Positions 24,263 to 32,598 of a stretch of 64,000 nt of DNA are shown in pieces (position 1 is the first letter of the stretch; every line of letters starts with the position of its first letter). The position numbers and the translations under genes are program-made. The DNA comes from an uncultured Glaciecola sp. (lineage in GTDB: Bacteria > Pseudomonadota > Gammaproteobacteria > Enterobacterales > Alteromonadaceae): positions 219,221-283,220 of the forward strand of contig CALJHY010000005.1 of assembly GCA_937770335.1 (NCBI GenBank), given 5' to 3'. Under the pieces are notes generated by a model, which saw nothing but the letters and a program-made list of their open reading frames with translations, was not told where the DNA came from and made no database searches.

Positions 24263-25102
24263 TTAGTGGGTATGACTATTGTTTTTAGTAGAATCGCCCG
24301 ACATTGGGTTTCCCTGAGTATCATAAAATCCTGAGGCTCCATGCTCGATGAACCCCAAATTCATCATTTTTGTTAAAAATGGATCGGTATGGTCATCACC
24401 AATGTCCGCGTAGTCGGTTGCGTAATAGGCGTACCGTGATTTAAAAAAGGGCGTTATTTGTTTATTAGACAATGTTAAGCTCTTCAAAGACCATGACTCT
24501 AATATGCGAGGAGAGTCTTTCTCTTTAATAATAAAGCTACTTACTAAGTGCAACTCAGAAAACCATGTGACGTCCATAGATAGCCTGTTATCGCTGAATT
24601 GTTTTGTTTCGATGCGATTGCATCCCTCATTAGTCACGTTGGTAGTGGTAAACTTTTTAAGTAGCGAATCACTTATTAATTGATTGCGATAGGACCAGTC
24701 GGATTCTGTCTTGCCGTGCACTTTTTCACCGGGTTGATATTCAATAGCGCGCTCGTGGAGGTCGAAAAATCGAGTGCTTTTTATTTGTTTCGCCTGATTC
24801 AATTGCCAAGATTCAGTGATCCCAGTTTGCGGATATTGATGCGCAACTTCGTTACCGTTTCTGATTAAGGTAACCTGCAATTTTTGCTCTAATCTATTAC
24901 TGGAGTTAGCGCTCTTTGCAATTTCATACACAGCAATAAGCTTGCTTGCTGGTGAAACTGGGTTTGAACATTGTTCATTCGAAACCATCAACTCGCTTGG
25001 TTTTATGAAATCACTTGTATCAATATTGTAAGGACTATTAGCGAATGCGCCAAACGCGGTAACACTTGCGATAAAAAGACCTAGTCTCTTGATGTTCTTC
25101 AT
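24263..25102 (-). CDS. Secreted hypothetical protein
   Basis: Track ORF. The internal ATG at 25102 gives a signal peptide MKNIKRLGLFIASVTAFGAFA. No family was recognised. Confidence 0.5.
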   Translation of the reverse strand: MKNIKRLGLFIASVTAFGAFANSPYNIDTSDFIKPSELMVSNEQCSNPVSPASKLIAVYEIAKSANSSNRLEQKLQVTLIRNGNEVAHQYPQTGITESWQLNQAKQIKSTRFFDLHERAIEYQPGEKVHGKTESDWSYRNQLISDSLLKKFTTTNVTNEGCNRIETKQFSDNRLSMDVTWFSELHLVSSFIIKEKDSPRILESWSLKSLTLSNKQITPFFKSRYAYYATDYADIGDDHTDPFLTKMMNLGFIEHGASGFYDTQGNPMSGDSTKNNSHTH

Positions 25103-25243
25103 CGAATTTACTGTAATTTCTATTAAAAACTTCATAAAGGGTACTTATCCGTTTTAATTTTGTGGTTTTATAATATCCTTTCATGCTTTCATTGCATGCT
25201 AGGTCATGCTTTTCCAATTATCACTATTAGCCTAAACAGAGAG

Positions 25244-25267
25244 AAGCGGATGAATCAACATCCGCTT
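25244..25267 (-). terminator. Hairpin downstream of the alkaline phosphatase operon
   Basis: AAGCGGATG (25244-25252) pairs with CATCCGCTT (25259-25267), a 9-bp perfect stem. The T-tract on the minus strand is weak. Confidence 0.4.
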
Positions 25268-25298
25268 TATATTAAGACCAGTTTAGTAAGACGATAAA

Positions 25299-27269
25299 CT
25301 ATTGAGTATTATTTACGCCACCGCTCAAATCAGACGCAAAGTCCATGACGTGGTAAATTATGTTTTGCTCATTGGTACCGTTTAATAAAAAAGCACCCGG
25401 TCCTTTTGCATAAATTCCTACATCCTCTCCTGAATGCGTCTCACTCGACAACGGCACCAAGGCTTCTTGATGAAAGCCGGCTGATACAGTATCGACGTCC
25501 GTCAAGTTTTGGCGTCCTGCAGCAATTGGCATAGAATAAGAAGCGTCAGCATCAGTAACTTCATTTCCTAAATTTTGGAAACCCCTGCCATTAGTGTAAC
25601 CCAATGTTGTGTATGGTTGTCCATCAGCAGCTAATGAGACTTCTGTTTGACCGACGCTAACCACTTTGCCTAGTATTGGATTGCCACGCTTAGGGTATCC
25701 AGCAATTGTAAATACATGACCATGATCGGCGGTTACGATAATTAATGTATCCTCATCATTGGTCATCTCATCGGCCATGGCAACGGCATCAGAGAACGCA
25801 ATGGTATCAGTTAGAGCGCCAAAGGCACTGCCTGCATGGTGGCTATGATCGATTCGACCGGATTCAATGGATAGGAAAAAGCCCAATGGATTGTTATCCA
25901 AAATTGCAATTGCCTTAGCTGTCATTTCTGCGATGCTCGGCTCACCCGCAATATCATTGGCTCTGTCAGCTTCATACTGCATGTGTGACTCATTGAACAG
26001 ACCAAATACATGAGTCGTGGTTTCAGTATCAATTGCATTGAACCCTATTTGGTCAAATATATAAGAACCTGCAGGATACGTTAGCGACCATTCTGCCGTT
26101 AAGTCGCGGCCATCTGTACGATCTCCCTCTACTGCACTAGCCGCATCCGAGCTATTAAATGCTGCGTCTCTAGGTAAAAAATGTCTTCTACCGCCACCAA
26201 AAACGACTTCCAGTCCATTCACATTGCTACCTTCAAAACGCATTTCTAAATTTGCTTTAAAATTAACAAGTTGTTCTGCTATATCTCTGCAACCCGCTGT
26301 AACTGCGGATTCTGGCATATCAGAGATATCTTCCCAATTACGATCAGCTGATTTTGCATACGTTGCCGCGGGTGTTGCGTGCGTGATCCTAGCTGTGGAT
26401 ATAATACCTGTCGACTTACCTGCTAACTCGGCAAGTTCTAGCGCGGTAACAAGTTCATTTCCCGCGACCGTTGAGCAATTACCTCGTTCAATATTTTCGT
26501 CTACGCCAATAACACCGACATCCGTTTTAACACCGCTTACCATTGCGGTCATGGTGCCAGCTGAGTCAGGTGTTTGTGCATCAACATTGTAGGTTTTTGC
26601 TAAGCCTGCAAATGGAAAGCGGTCAAAGGAAAGACTGTTTTCTTCGCCGAATTGACCATTCATCTGGCCTTCTAATATGCGTGAGGCTGTAACCGTTGAA
26701 ACTCCCATCCCATCACCAACAAACAAGATAATATTCTTAGCAGAACCTTTTAGTTGCTCAATTAAGGCTGCTTGCTGAGCTGGACTGTTAGTTTCATATG
26801 ACGTAACTTGTTGCTCAATGTTGGTATTGCCGTTAGTGCTTTGCGCGCCTGCCCCACTAGTGGCGGTTAGCCATGTATTTTTGTTTTGTGAAACGAGCGC
26901 TGCACCATCTATAAACCATTGGTTATTTAAGCTGGTGAGCAATTGCGTTGAGCTCACTTCGGTAATGCCAGGAGCGCATACGTAATTTGTGCTTGTGATT
27001 TCACTTGGTTCTAACGTACCATTAGTGTCAACGTCAATCCCAGAATCAAATCTCACACCACTATTCGGACAGTTTATGTCGCCAATAATTAAATTGGTTT
27101 GCAATAGTAGGCTGGTGTTTCCGGCCGAACCATCTTGGCCATTAGTACCATTTTGTCCTGTAACTCCATTAATACCGTTAGTACCATTGGTGCCATCATC
27201 ACCTTCTACAAAACAACCATTTAGTCCAATTACGGCAATTGCGATAAGACTGAGTTTTATATTTTTCAT
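25299..27269 (-). CDS. phoA: Alkaline phosphatase (PhoA/PF00245-type) lipoprotein with a collagen-like N-terminal extension
   Basis: The lipobox is IGLNGC. A GXY run follows (GTNGTNGINGVTGQNGTNGQDGSAGN). The catalytic core has FVGDGMG, TPDSAGTMTA, GRIDHSHH and TADHGH. Confidence 0.88.
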   Translation of the reverse strand: MKNIKLSLIAIAVIGLNGCFVEGDDGTNGTNGINGVTGQNGTNGQDGSAGNTSLLLQTNLIIGDINCPNSGVRFDSGIDVDTNGTLEPSEITSTNYVCAPGITEVSSTQLLTSLNNQWFIDGAALVSQNKNTWLTATSGAGAQSTNGNTNIEQQVTSYETNSPAQQAALIEQLKGSAKNIILFVGDGMGVSTVTASRILEGQMNGQFGEENSLSFDRFPFAGLAKTYNVDAQTPDSAGTMTAMVSGVKTDVGVIGVDENIERGNCSTVAGNELVTALELAELAGKSTGIISTARITHATPAATYAKSADRNWEDISDMPESAVTAGCRDIAEQLVNFKANLEMRFEGSNVNGLEVVFGGGRRHFLPRDAAFNSSDAASAVEGDRTDGRDLTAEWSLTYPAGSYIFDQIGFNAIDTETTTHVFGLFNESHMQYEADRANDIAGEPSIAEMTAKAIAILDNNPLGFFLSIESGRIDHSHHAGSAFGALTDTIAFSDAVAMADEMTNDEDTLIIVTADHGHVFTIAGYPKRGNPILGKVVSVGQTEVSLAADGQPYTTLGYTNGRGFQNLGNEVTDADASYSMPIAAGRQNLTDVDTVSAGFHQEALVPLSSETHSGEDVGIYAKGPGAFLLNGTNEQNIIYHVMDFASDLSGGVNNTQ

Positions 27270-27284
27270 TCTAATTCTCCCTAA

Positions 27285-28868
27285 TTATTGGTTGATAAGA
27301 TCAAGTGCTTGATTAATGACGTGAAATAAAGCGCTTTGCTCAATAACACCTTGTACTAACTGCGCACCTGGACCATTTGCGTGTAATGCTACGTCTTCAC
27401 CGCTATGGGTTTCGGAGCTTAGTGGTACCAACGCTTCTTGGTGAAAGCCTGATGATTCAGTGTCAATGGCAGATATGTCTTTGCGACCTGCATTTATAGG
27501 CATTGCGTATGAGGCATCGGCATCTGTTTCATTACCCAAATCCATCATTCCGCGGCCATTGGTATAGCCTAGCGTTGTGTAGGGTAGGCCATCGGCATCT
27601 TGAGTTGGCGTATCTGAATTAACCCCTATCACTTTGCCTAGAATAGGGTTACCGCGTTTCGGATACCCTGCAATCGTGAATACATGACCGTGGTCAGCGG
27701 TAACGAGAATTAGGGTGTCTTCACTGTTGGTCATGTCATAGGCTTTTTTAACTGCATTGGATAGTTCAATGGCATCAGTAAGTGCGTTATATGCGCTACC
27801 AGCGTGATGGCCATGATCGATGCGGCCAGATTCAACCATCAAGAAGAAACCTTTTTCTTGATTATCTAATATATCGATCGCTTTTTCGGTCATCTGCGTC
27901 AAGCTAGGTTCGCCTGCGATATCATTGCTACGGTCAGCTTCATATTGCATATGAGACTCGTTGAATAGACCAAACACCTTCGAAGTCGTTGCCGCATCAA
28001 TTGCGTCAAATCCTGTTTGGTCAAAAACGTAATTTCCAAGCGGGTATTTTGCTTTCCATTCTGCAGTAAGGTCTCGCCCATCCGTGCGATCACCTTCAAC
28101 TGCGCTAGCTGCATCGGCGCTATTGAATGCTGCATCTCTAGGGAGAAAGTGACGGCGTCCGCCACCAAAAGCGACGTCAATTCCGTCTACATCAACTCCG
28201 GTATAACGCTTTTCCAAATAGTTTTCAAAATTGACTAACTGATCAGCAATATCCTTACAACCTCCAGTTATTGCCGCTTCAGGCATATCAGATATGTCTT
28301 CCCAGTTTCTATCTGCAGATTTAGCATACGTTGCCGCTGGAGTAGCGTGAGTAATGCGTGCGGTTGAAATAATACCTGTGGCTAGGCCTTTAATTTCAGC
28401 CAGTTCGAGTGCAGTGATAACTTCATTCCCAGCAACGGTAGAGCAATCACCACGACTAATATCTTCATCAACGCCAATAACGCCCACGTCAGTTTTCAAG
28501 CCTGACATCATTGCGGTCATTGTGCCGGCAGAGTCGGGTGTCTGTGCATTAACGTTATAAGTCTTGACCAGCGCTGTGTGAGGAAATGATTCAAAACTCA
28601 GGTAACCTTCTTCACCTAGTTGGTCATTTAACTGTCCTTGTAAAATTCGAGCAGATGTTAGTGTTGAAATACCCATTCCATCACCAATAAATACAATGAC
28701 ATTTTTAGCTTTAAAGCGGTTATTAGTTTGCAGTTTTTCCATCAATTTAGTCTGAGCTTCGGTGTACCAAGCATTTGATGTTTGGTGCTCAGGCAGCGGT
28801 GTTGCACCAGCAGCCGCACTAAGGCCTGCTGTAAGTGATAAAATAGCTATCTTTCTGATTAAATTCAT
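27285..28868 (-). CDS. phoA: Alkaline phosphatase (PhoA/PF00245-type), secreted paralog
   Basis: The signal peptide from the ATG at 28868 is MNLIRKIAILSLTAGLSAAAGA; the frame opens at 28889. It has the same catalytic motifs (FIGDGMG, TPDSAGTMTA, GRIDHGHH, TADHGH). It lies 15 nt upstream of the second paralog. Confidence 0.9.
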   Translation of the reverse strand: MNLIRKIAILSLTAGLSAAAGATPLPEHQTSNAWYTEAQTKLMEKLQTNNRFKAKNVIVFIGDGMGISTLTSARILQGQLNDQLGEEGYLSFESFPHTALVKTYNVNAQTPDSAGTMTAMMSGLKTDVGVIGVDEDISRGDCSTVAGNEVITALELAEIKGLATGIISTARITHATPAATYAKSADRNWEDISDMPEAAITGGCKDIADQLVNFENYLEKRYTGVDVDGIDVAFGGGRRHFLPRDAAFNSADAASAVEGDRTDGRDLTAEWKAKYPLGNYVFDQTGFDAIDAATTSKVFGLFNESHMQYEADRSNDIAGEPSLTQMTEKAIDILDNQEKGFFLMVESGRIDHGHHAGSAYNALTDAIELSNAVKKAYDMTNSEDTLILVTADHGHVFTIAGYPKRGNPILGKVIGVNSDTPTQDADGLPYTTLGYTNGRGMMDLGNETDADASYAMPINAGRKDISAIDTESSGFHQEALVPLSSETHSGEDVALHANGPGAQLVQGVIEQSALFHVINQALDLINQ

Positions 28869-28962
28869 AATTTTTCCTAGAAAATCCAAGTCAAGTTAAT
28901 CGATTGAGGGCGAACTGATGAAAATAAGGTTTCATCGAACTGATGCATATTAGAAATTAATT

Positions 28963-29035
28963 ATGACAATTTCGGGACATAAAAATGAACAATTAGTGTA
29001 TAAAAAGTGACAGTAATTTTACGTTTTCATGACAA
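28963..29035 (-). promoter_or_regulatory. Pho-box array (PhoB-type binding sites) upstream of the alkaline phosphatase operon
   Basis: The minus strand carries seven heptamers at exact 11-bp phasing. They read TTGTCAT-gaaa-ACGTAAA-atta-CTGTCAC-tttt-TATACAC-taat-TGTTCAT-tttt-ATGTCCC-gaaa-TTGTCAT. Three are 6-7/7 matches to CTGTCAT. A TAATAT -10 candidate lies at 28952-28947. Confidence 0.65.
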
Positions 29036-29379
29036 GGAGCGGGATGAGTAACTTACAGCATATTAGAAAACAGACGAGTTGGAGAACAATACTCTAAAGT
29101 AAAAGAATAAGTGTAAGCATAAGCATAACGTTGAGGTTATTGAAAAGCGTTATCTATTAGAAACAAGTTTTGGGCGATGGTTGTGTTCGTGTATAAGTAA
29201 ACGAATGTCATTTAGCTGTCGAATTTCTCGAGACACTTTGTTAGAGGAAATATAACCAAAACAAACGAGGTTTAAGATGTGTAGAAGACGTTTCAGTTCC
29301 AAATCCTAATATTCTTAAAGTCAAAATCGATATCTTGAGTATGCAGCCGCAACCACTCCATTAAGCGCAATTGATTGTG

Positions 29380-29496
29380 TGATCTTCGCTGATTAACATG
29401 AGTTGTTGTTTTGGATTCAAACGAGTATTGTTTTACTTAAATGGCTAACGCAAGGAGACATGGATTGTTGTATCAAAACCGCAGTAAATTCAAAGT
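29380..29496 (+). repeat. Conserved leader module upstream of VCR-like attC (copy 1)
   Basis: It aligns with 32351-32468 over about 117 bp and with 30331-30407 over about 78 bp. AAACGAGTAT sits 78 nt before the attC. It contains AAGGAGA followed by an ATG. Confidence 0.6.
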
Positions 29497-29610
29497 GCAT
29501 AACAAACGCATTACTTTACTCCCTTTGGTTGCTGGGACAACTTTACGTACGCATTTCGCGTTGCTCAAAAGCTGCACCCATCAACTTACCCTTTATGCGG
29601 GGCGTTGTCT
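29497..29610 (+). repeat. attC site, VCR-like long class (114 bp)
   Basis: The 5' end is GCATAACAAACGCAT and the 3' end is ATGCGGGGCGTTGTCT. The ends are imperfect inverted repeats with unpaired bases. It shares the internal GCGCATTTCGCG core with the sites at 30408 and 32469. Confidence 0.7.
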
Positions 29611-29630
29611 CTCAGTTAGATTTATATCCA

Positions 29631-30119
29631 ATGAATATTAGAGAAATAGATGAGTCAGAATTTGAAGCTATATGGCCGATTTTTAGACCAATAGCTAGGG
29701 CGGGGGAAACCTACGCTTTTTCAAAGGGTATTTCGGAAAGTGAAGCTAAGAAAGTTTGGGTTGATACGCCACGCAAAACCTTTATTGCTGAAGATGATGG
29801 GCAGATTCTAGGAACCTACTACCTTAAAACTAACCAAGCAGGTCCCGGAATGCATGTTTGTAATTGTGGTTACATGGTTTCATCTTCGGCACAAGGCAAA
29901 GGAGTGGCGACTGCCATGTGCATTCATTCTCAGCAAGTAGCAAAAAATCTAGGATATGAAGCAATGCAATTTAACTATGTTGCATCAAGTAACGAAGGTG
30001 CTATTCGGCTATGGTTAAAGCTCGGTTTTGATATAGTAGGACGTTTACCACGAGCTTTTAATCATCCAACAAAAGGGTACATAGATGCGTTGGTTATGTA
30101 CAAATGGCTTGAGACATAA
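29631..30119 (+). CDS. GNAT family N-acetyltransferase (cassette gene)
   Basis: The ATG at 29631 lies 21 nt after the attC. The protein reads MNIREIDESEFEAIW... and has the acetyl-CoA motif region QGKGVATAM. The track ORF start at 29403 reads through the attC and is rejected. Confidence 0.8.
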   Translation: MNIREIDESEFEAIWPIFRPIARAGETYAFSKGISESEAKKVWVDTPRKTFIAEDDGQILGTYYLKTNQAGPGMHVCNCGYMVSSSAQGKGVATAMCIHSQQVAKNLGYEAMQFNYVASSNEGAIRLWLKLGFDIVGRLPRAFNHPTKGYIDALVMYKWLET

Positions 30120-30179
30120 CAAAAACACTAACCGGACATTGGACAGAGCGCCCAAGGCCCCTTATGTATGGTGTTATGT
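30114..30179 (+). repeat. attC site, short class (66 bp)
   Basis: ACATAAC...TAACCGGACATTGG...GGTGTTATGT. The GNAT stop codon TAA lies inside the 5' heptamer. It is about 80% alike to the site at 31027. Confidence 0.7.
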
Positions 30180-30330
30180 GGTGTCTATTAAAGGAATTAT
30201 ATGAACAAAAAAATTGAAAGACTTGAAGAAAAAACCAAACGTTATGACCTACAATTATTAATTATTTTGGGGTTCGCGAGCGCATAATATTTGATTCCTA
30301 CTGGACAGCATCGGTTGCTGTATAGACACT

Positions 30331-30407
30331 AAACGAGTATTGCTTTACCAAAATGGTTAACTCAAGGAAACAGGGAATGTTTGGTCAAATCGCATTGAAT
30401 TCTGGCT
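30331..30407 (+). repeat. Conserved leader module upstream of VCR-like attC (copy 2)
   Basis: AAACGAGTAT sits 77 nt before the attC. By eye it is about 75-80% identical to copies 1 and 3, with indels that break any common reading frame. Confidence 0.6.
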
Positions 30408-30521
30408 ACCTAACAAACGCATTAGCTCACTCCATTCGGTCGCTGGAACAAGTTTACGGGCGCATTTCGCGTTGCCCAAAAGCTGCCCCCATAAACTTGC
30501 CCGATATGCGTGGTGTTATAA
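30408..30521 (+). repeat. attC site, VCR-like long class (114 bp)
   Basis: ACCTAAC, a perfect RYYYAAC, begins the site, and TAACAAACGCAT follows. The 3' end ATGCGTGGTGTTATAA carries a GTTATAA core. TAACA/TGTTA and ACGCAT/ATGCGT pair around a bulge. Confidence 0.8.
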
Positions 30522-30537
30522 CTACAAGGAATACTGA

Positions 30538-31026
30538 GTGAAAGTCTTTACCGTACTAATTGTTCTACTTTGTCTTTTTGGTTGTGATGTTAATACTGTA
30601 AAAGTGAAAAGGTAGGGCTCTATAGATAATGATTTCGTTGAAGATCCGATGCCCGATGATTATAAAAAGGTCATTCTCACCTCCAATTTAATAATAGACT
30701 TGTTAAAAAAGAGTGACTTTAAAACTATAAATACTCATTTTGTTCACGAAACTGCACGTGAAACGATCACAGAATCCGAATTGGCTAATATTTTTGACCA
30801 ACTAGAAAAGCAAATTGGTACAATTGATATTTACTTAACAAGCCAATGGGGTATTCGACCAAAATCGAGAGACGGAGTGCTTTATACATACTCTGTCAAA
30901 ATTGTTAAGCATCAAAACGCTTATATGAATTATTTTTTTGTGTTCGACCTAGCTTTGTCCGACAGTGAGATAGTAGGATTGTATTTTAAGGAAAAAAATG
31001 GCGTTCGTTCAGCCAGTGAGTTGTAG
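30538..31026 (+). pseudogene. Cassette lipoprotein gene interrupted by an in-frame TAG
   Basis: A GTG at 30538 encodes VKVFTVLIVLLCLFGC, a lipoprotein signal plus lipobox. A TAG follows at 30613-30615. The same frame continues into the 125-aa track ORF at 30649-31026. Confidence 0.55.
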
Positions 31027-31092
31027 ATATAACAAATCTATTAACCGGACATTGGCAAGAGCAGCCAACGCCGGTTATGGAAAGTGTTATGT
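31027..31092 (+). repeat. attC site, short class (66 bp)
   Basis: ATATAACAaatctatTAACCGG...CCGGTTAtggaaagTGTTATGT. It has two nested perfect inverted repeats, ATAACA/TGTTAT and TAACCGG/CCGGTTA. Confidence 0.8.
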
Positions 31093-31152
31093 CAGAGTGG
31101 ATTATTAAGCCGCAAATAAAGCGCAAACATCCTGAAATTTATATATAGGAAA

Positions 31153-31407
31153 ATGGTTTTGAAACGAATTATATTGCTTTTATCTTTTTTTGTATGCATA
31201 CAAGGTTGTCAGGCAAACTATGGTTTAACTGATAAGCACAGGACTGATGGCGCTCACCCGAGGGTTGAATTTGGAGCTACTTGCAATCTAAATTACAACA
31301 ACGAATCTCGGGTTAGTACTTGCCCAATAGGCGGCCAAGATCTATTAGGAACGACTTGCTCATGTAACACTGAAAATGGCATCCAATATGGGGTTGTGGG
31401 TAGATGA
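31153..31407 (+). CDS. Small Cys-rich lipoprotein (cassette gene)
   Basis: 84 aa with the signal/lipobox LLLSFFVCIQGC. It is bounded by attC sites. Confidence 0.55.
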   Translation: MVLKRIILLLSFFVCIQGCQANYGLTDKHRTDGAHPRVEFGATCNLNYNNESRVSTCPIGGQDLLGTTCSCNTENGIQYGVVGR

Positions 31408-31445
31408 CGTAAAGGGCGAGAATGGATAAAACTCGTTATTTCAAG

Positions 31446-31532
31446 AGTTAACCTCACCTATTTTTAATGCCCCATTTTCGCGTTATTCAAAAGCAACACA
31501 AATAAACTTGCCCTCTATGCGGGCTGTTAGGA
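31446..31532 (+). repeat. attC site (87 bp) sharing its 3' half with the VCR-like class
   Basis: The 5' end is AGTTAAC. The 3' half reads CATTTTCGCGTT...AAATAAACTTGCCCTCTATGCGGGCTGTTAGGA, which aligns with the 3' halves of the long sites. Confidence 0.6.
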
Positions 31533-32125
31533 CTCACTCAATTATCACATATCGCTTACAAATCATCCTATTGATTGTCCTTGTGACCGTCAGCTCGATA
31601 GTAGCGGCTCAAACAGGTCGTGTCGCCTTGGATCAAGCAATTTATGGATTCGAAAAAGCCCTTCCTCAAGGCTGGAAAATCATAGAGCGGCAATTGGATA
31701 CCGTCCCATATGGCCATCACTTCTGCGACGACTATAGGGGGCCGAAAGGTACAAAACTCATCGTTATCGGACCAGAGCCCGTCCAAGTTGTATGGACGTC
31801 TCTCTCGGGAGAGACAATATCAACAACTCTCGCAAAGGAATCGTTAGAACTTTGGTTTATGCCCCCGAATTATCGAGACAGTCAGACGGCTTGGCTATGT
31901 TTACATCGTCCAATTCAGCCAGTCGCAATTCTTGAGGATCCATCAATTGTCGTCTTTGGGCGTCCAAGTCATCAACTTAATTCAAAAACAGCATGGCTTG
32001 AATTGCTCACTAAAGCCCAAGCAATAAGTTGGCCGGAATCGCCGGCGAATGACCGTTCCAAAATCTCTTGGTCTAACTGGCAGCAGGATATCCGTATCGC
32101 CGTGCAAAAATGGCTGCAAAAGTGA
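31517..32125 (+). CDS. Secreted hypothetical protein (cassette gene, about 50% GC)
   Basis: The ATG at 31517 lies inside the 3' end of the preceding attC. It gives the signal peptide MRAVRTHSIITYRLQIILLIVLVTVSSIVAAQ. The cassette is clearly more GC-rich than its neighbours. Confidence 0.6.
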   Translation: MRAVRTHSIITYRLQIILLIVLVTVSSIVAAQTGRVALDQAIYGFEKALPQGWKIIERQLDTVPYGHHFCDDYRGPKGTKLIVIGPEPVQVVWTSLSGETISTTLAKESLELWFMPPNYRDSQTAWLCLHRPIQPVAILEDPSIVVFGRPSHQLNSKTAWLELLTKAQAISWPESPANDRSKISWSNWQQDIRIAVQKWLQK

Positions 32126-32126
32126 G

Positions 32127-32185
32127 GCCTAATCTCCAGTCAACCCAGATATGCCAATGCGCGCTGGTTACTGGGAGCGTTAATT
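32127..32185 (+). repeat. attC site (59 bp)
   Basis: GCCTAATCTCCAGTCAACC...GGTTACTGGGAGCGTTAATT. The long imperfect inverted repeat starts 2 nt after the stop codon of the preceding ORF. Confidence 0.65.
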
Positions 32186-32350
32186 GCCGAGGGCAATAAC
32201 GCTAACAGGTTCGATATATCAATAAGGCTTAACCATAAAAGCATAGGAACAAGATCGAATGGAAGTGAGTGGTCTTTCATGATATTACTTGAAGCATTGT
32301 TTAGGCAGTTCAAGTATCAGCACAAACAGCGCGGCTGCGATAAACACTCA

Positions 32351-32468
32351 GTGGTCTTCGCTAATTAACACCAGTTGTTGTTTCAACTTCAAACGAGTAT
32401 ATTTTTACCTAAATGGATAACGCAAGGAGACAAGGAATGTTTAGTCAAAACCGTATTAAATTCCGGCT
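32351..32468 (+). repeat. Conserved leader module upstream of VCR-like attC (copy 3)
   Basis: AAACGAGTAT sits 78 nt before the attC. The stretch GTGGTCTTCGCTAATTAACACCAGTTGTTG matches GTGATCTTCGCTGATTAACATGAGTTGTTG of copy 1. Confidence 0.6.
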
Positions 32469-32581
32469 ACCTAATAAAAGCATCAGCTCATTCCCTGCGG
32501 TCGCTGGGACAATTTTACGAGCGCATTTCGCTTCGCTCAGGAACTGCAACGATAAACTTGCCCCTATGCGGGGTGTTATAC
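32469..32581 (+). repeat. attC site, VCR-like long class (113 bp, more diverged)
   Basis: ACCTAATAAAAGCAT...GCGCATTTCGCTTCGC...AAACTTGCCCCTATGCGGGGTGTTATAC. It is collinear with the sites at 29497 and 30408. Confidence 0.65.
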
Positions 32582-32598
32582 AAAAAGAGAGGACACAA

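Noticed and set aside
28890-29496. Search for an integron integrase gene, attI or Pc promoter to the left of the first attC.
   Set aside because: There is no ORF of 60 codons or more and no tyrosine-recombinase motifs in quick translations. Only a 33-bp attC-end-like mini-palindrome (29123-29155) is present. The array is therefore reported as integrase-less within this window, not as a complete integron.
29403-29630. Long N-terminal extension of the GNAT ORF, and the overlapping track ORFs 29441-29641, 30353-30541, 32375-32602 and 32413-32598. All appear to encode similar peptides (..RISRC.KAAPINLP.MRGV..).
   Set aside because: They are translations of the repeated attC and leader DNA. The similarity is at nucleotide level, and indels shift the frame between copies. 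The real cassette genes have their own RBS and start after the attC.
30741-30765. parS half-site-like sequence TGTTCACGAAACTGCACGTGAAACG inside a cassette ORF.
   Set aside because: Only the right arm (CACGTGAAAC) matches and the left arm does not. It lies inside coding DNA of a mobile cassette.
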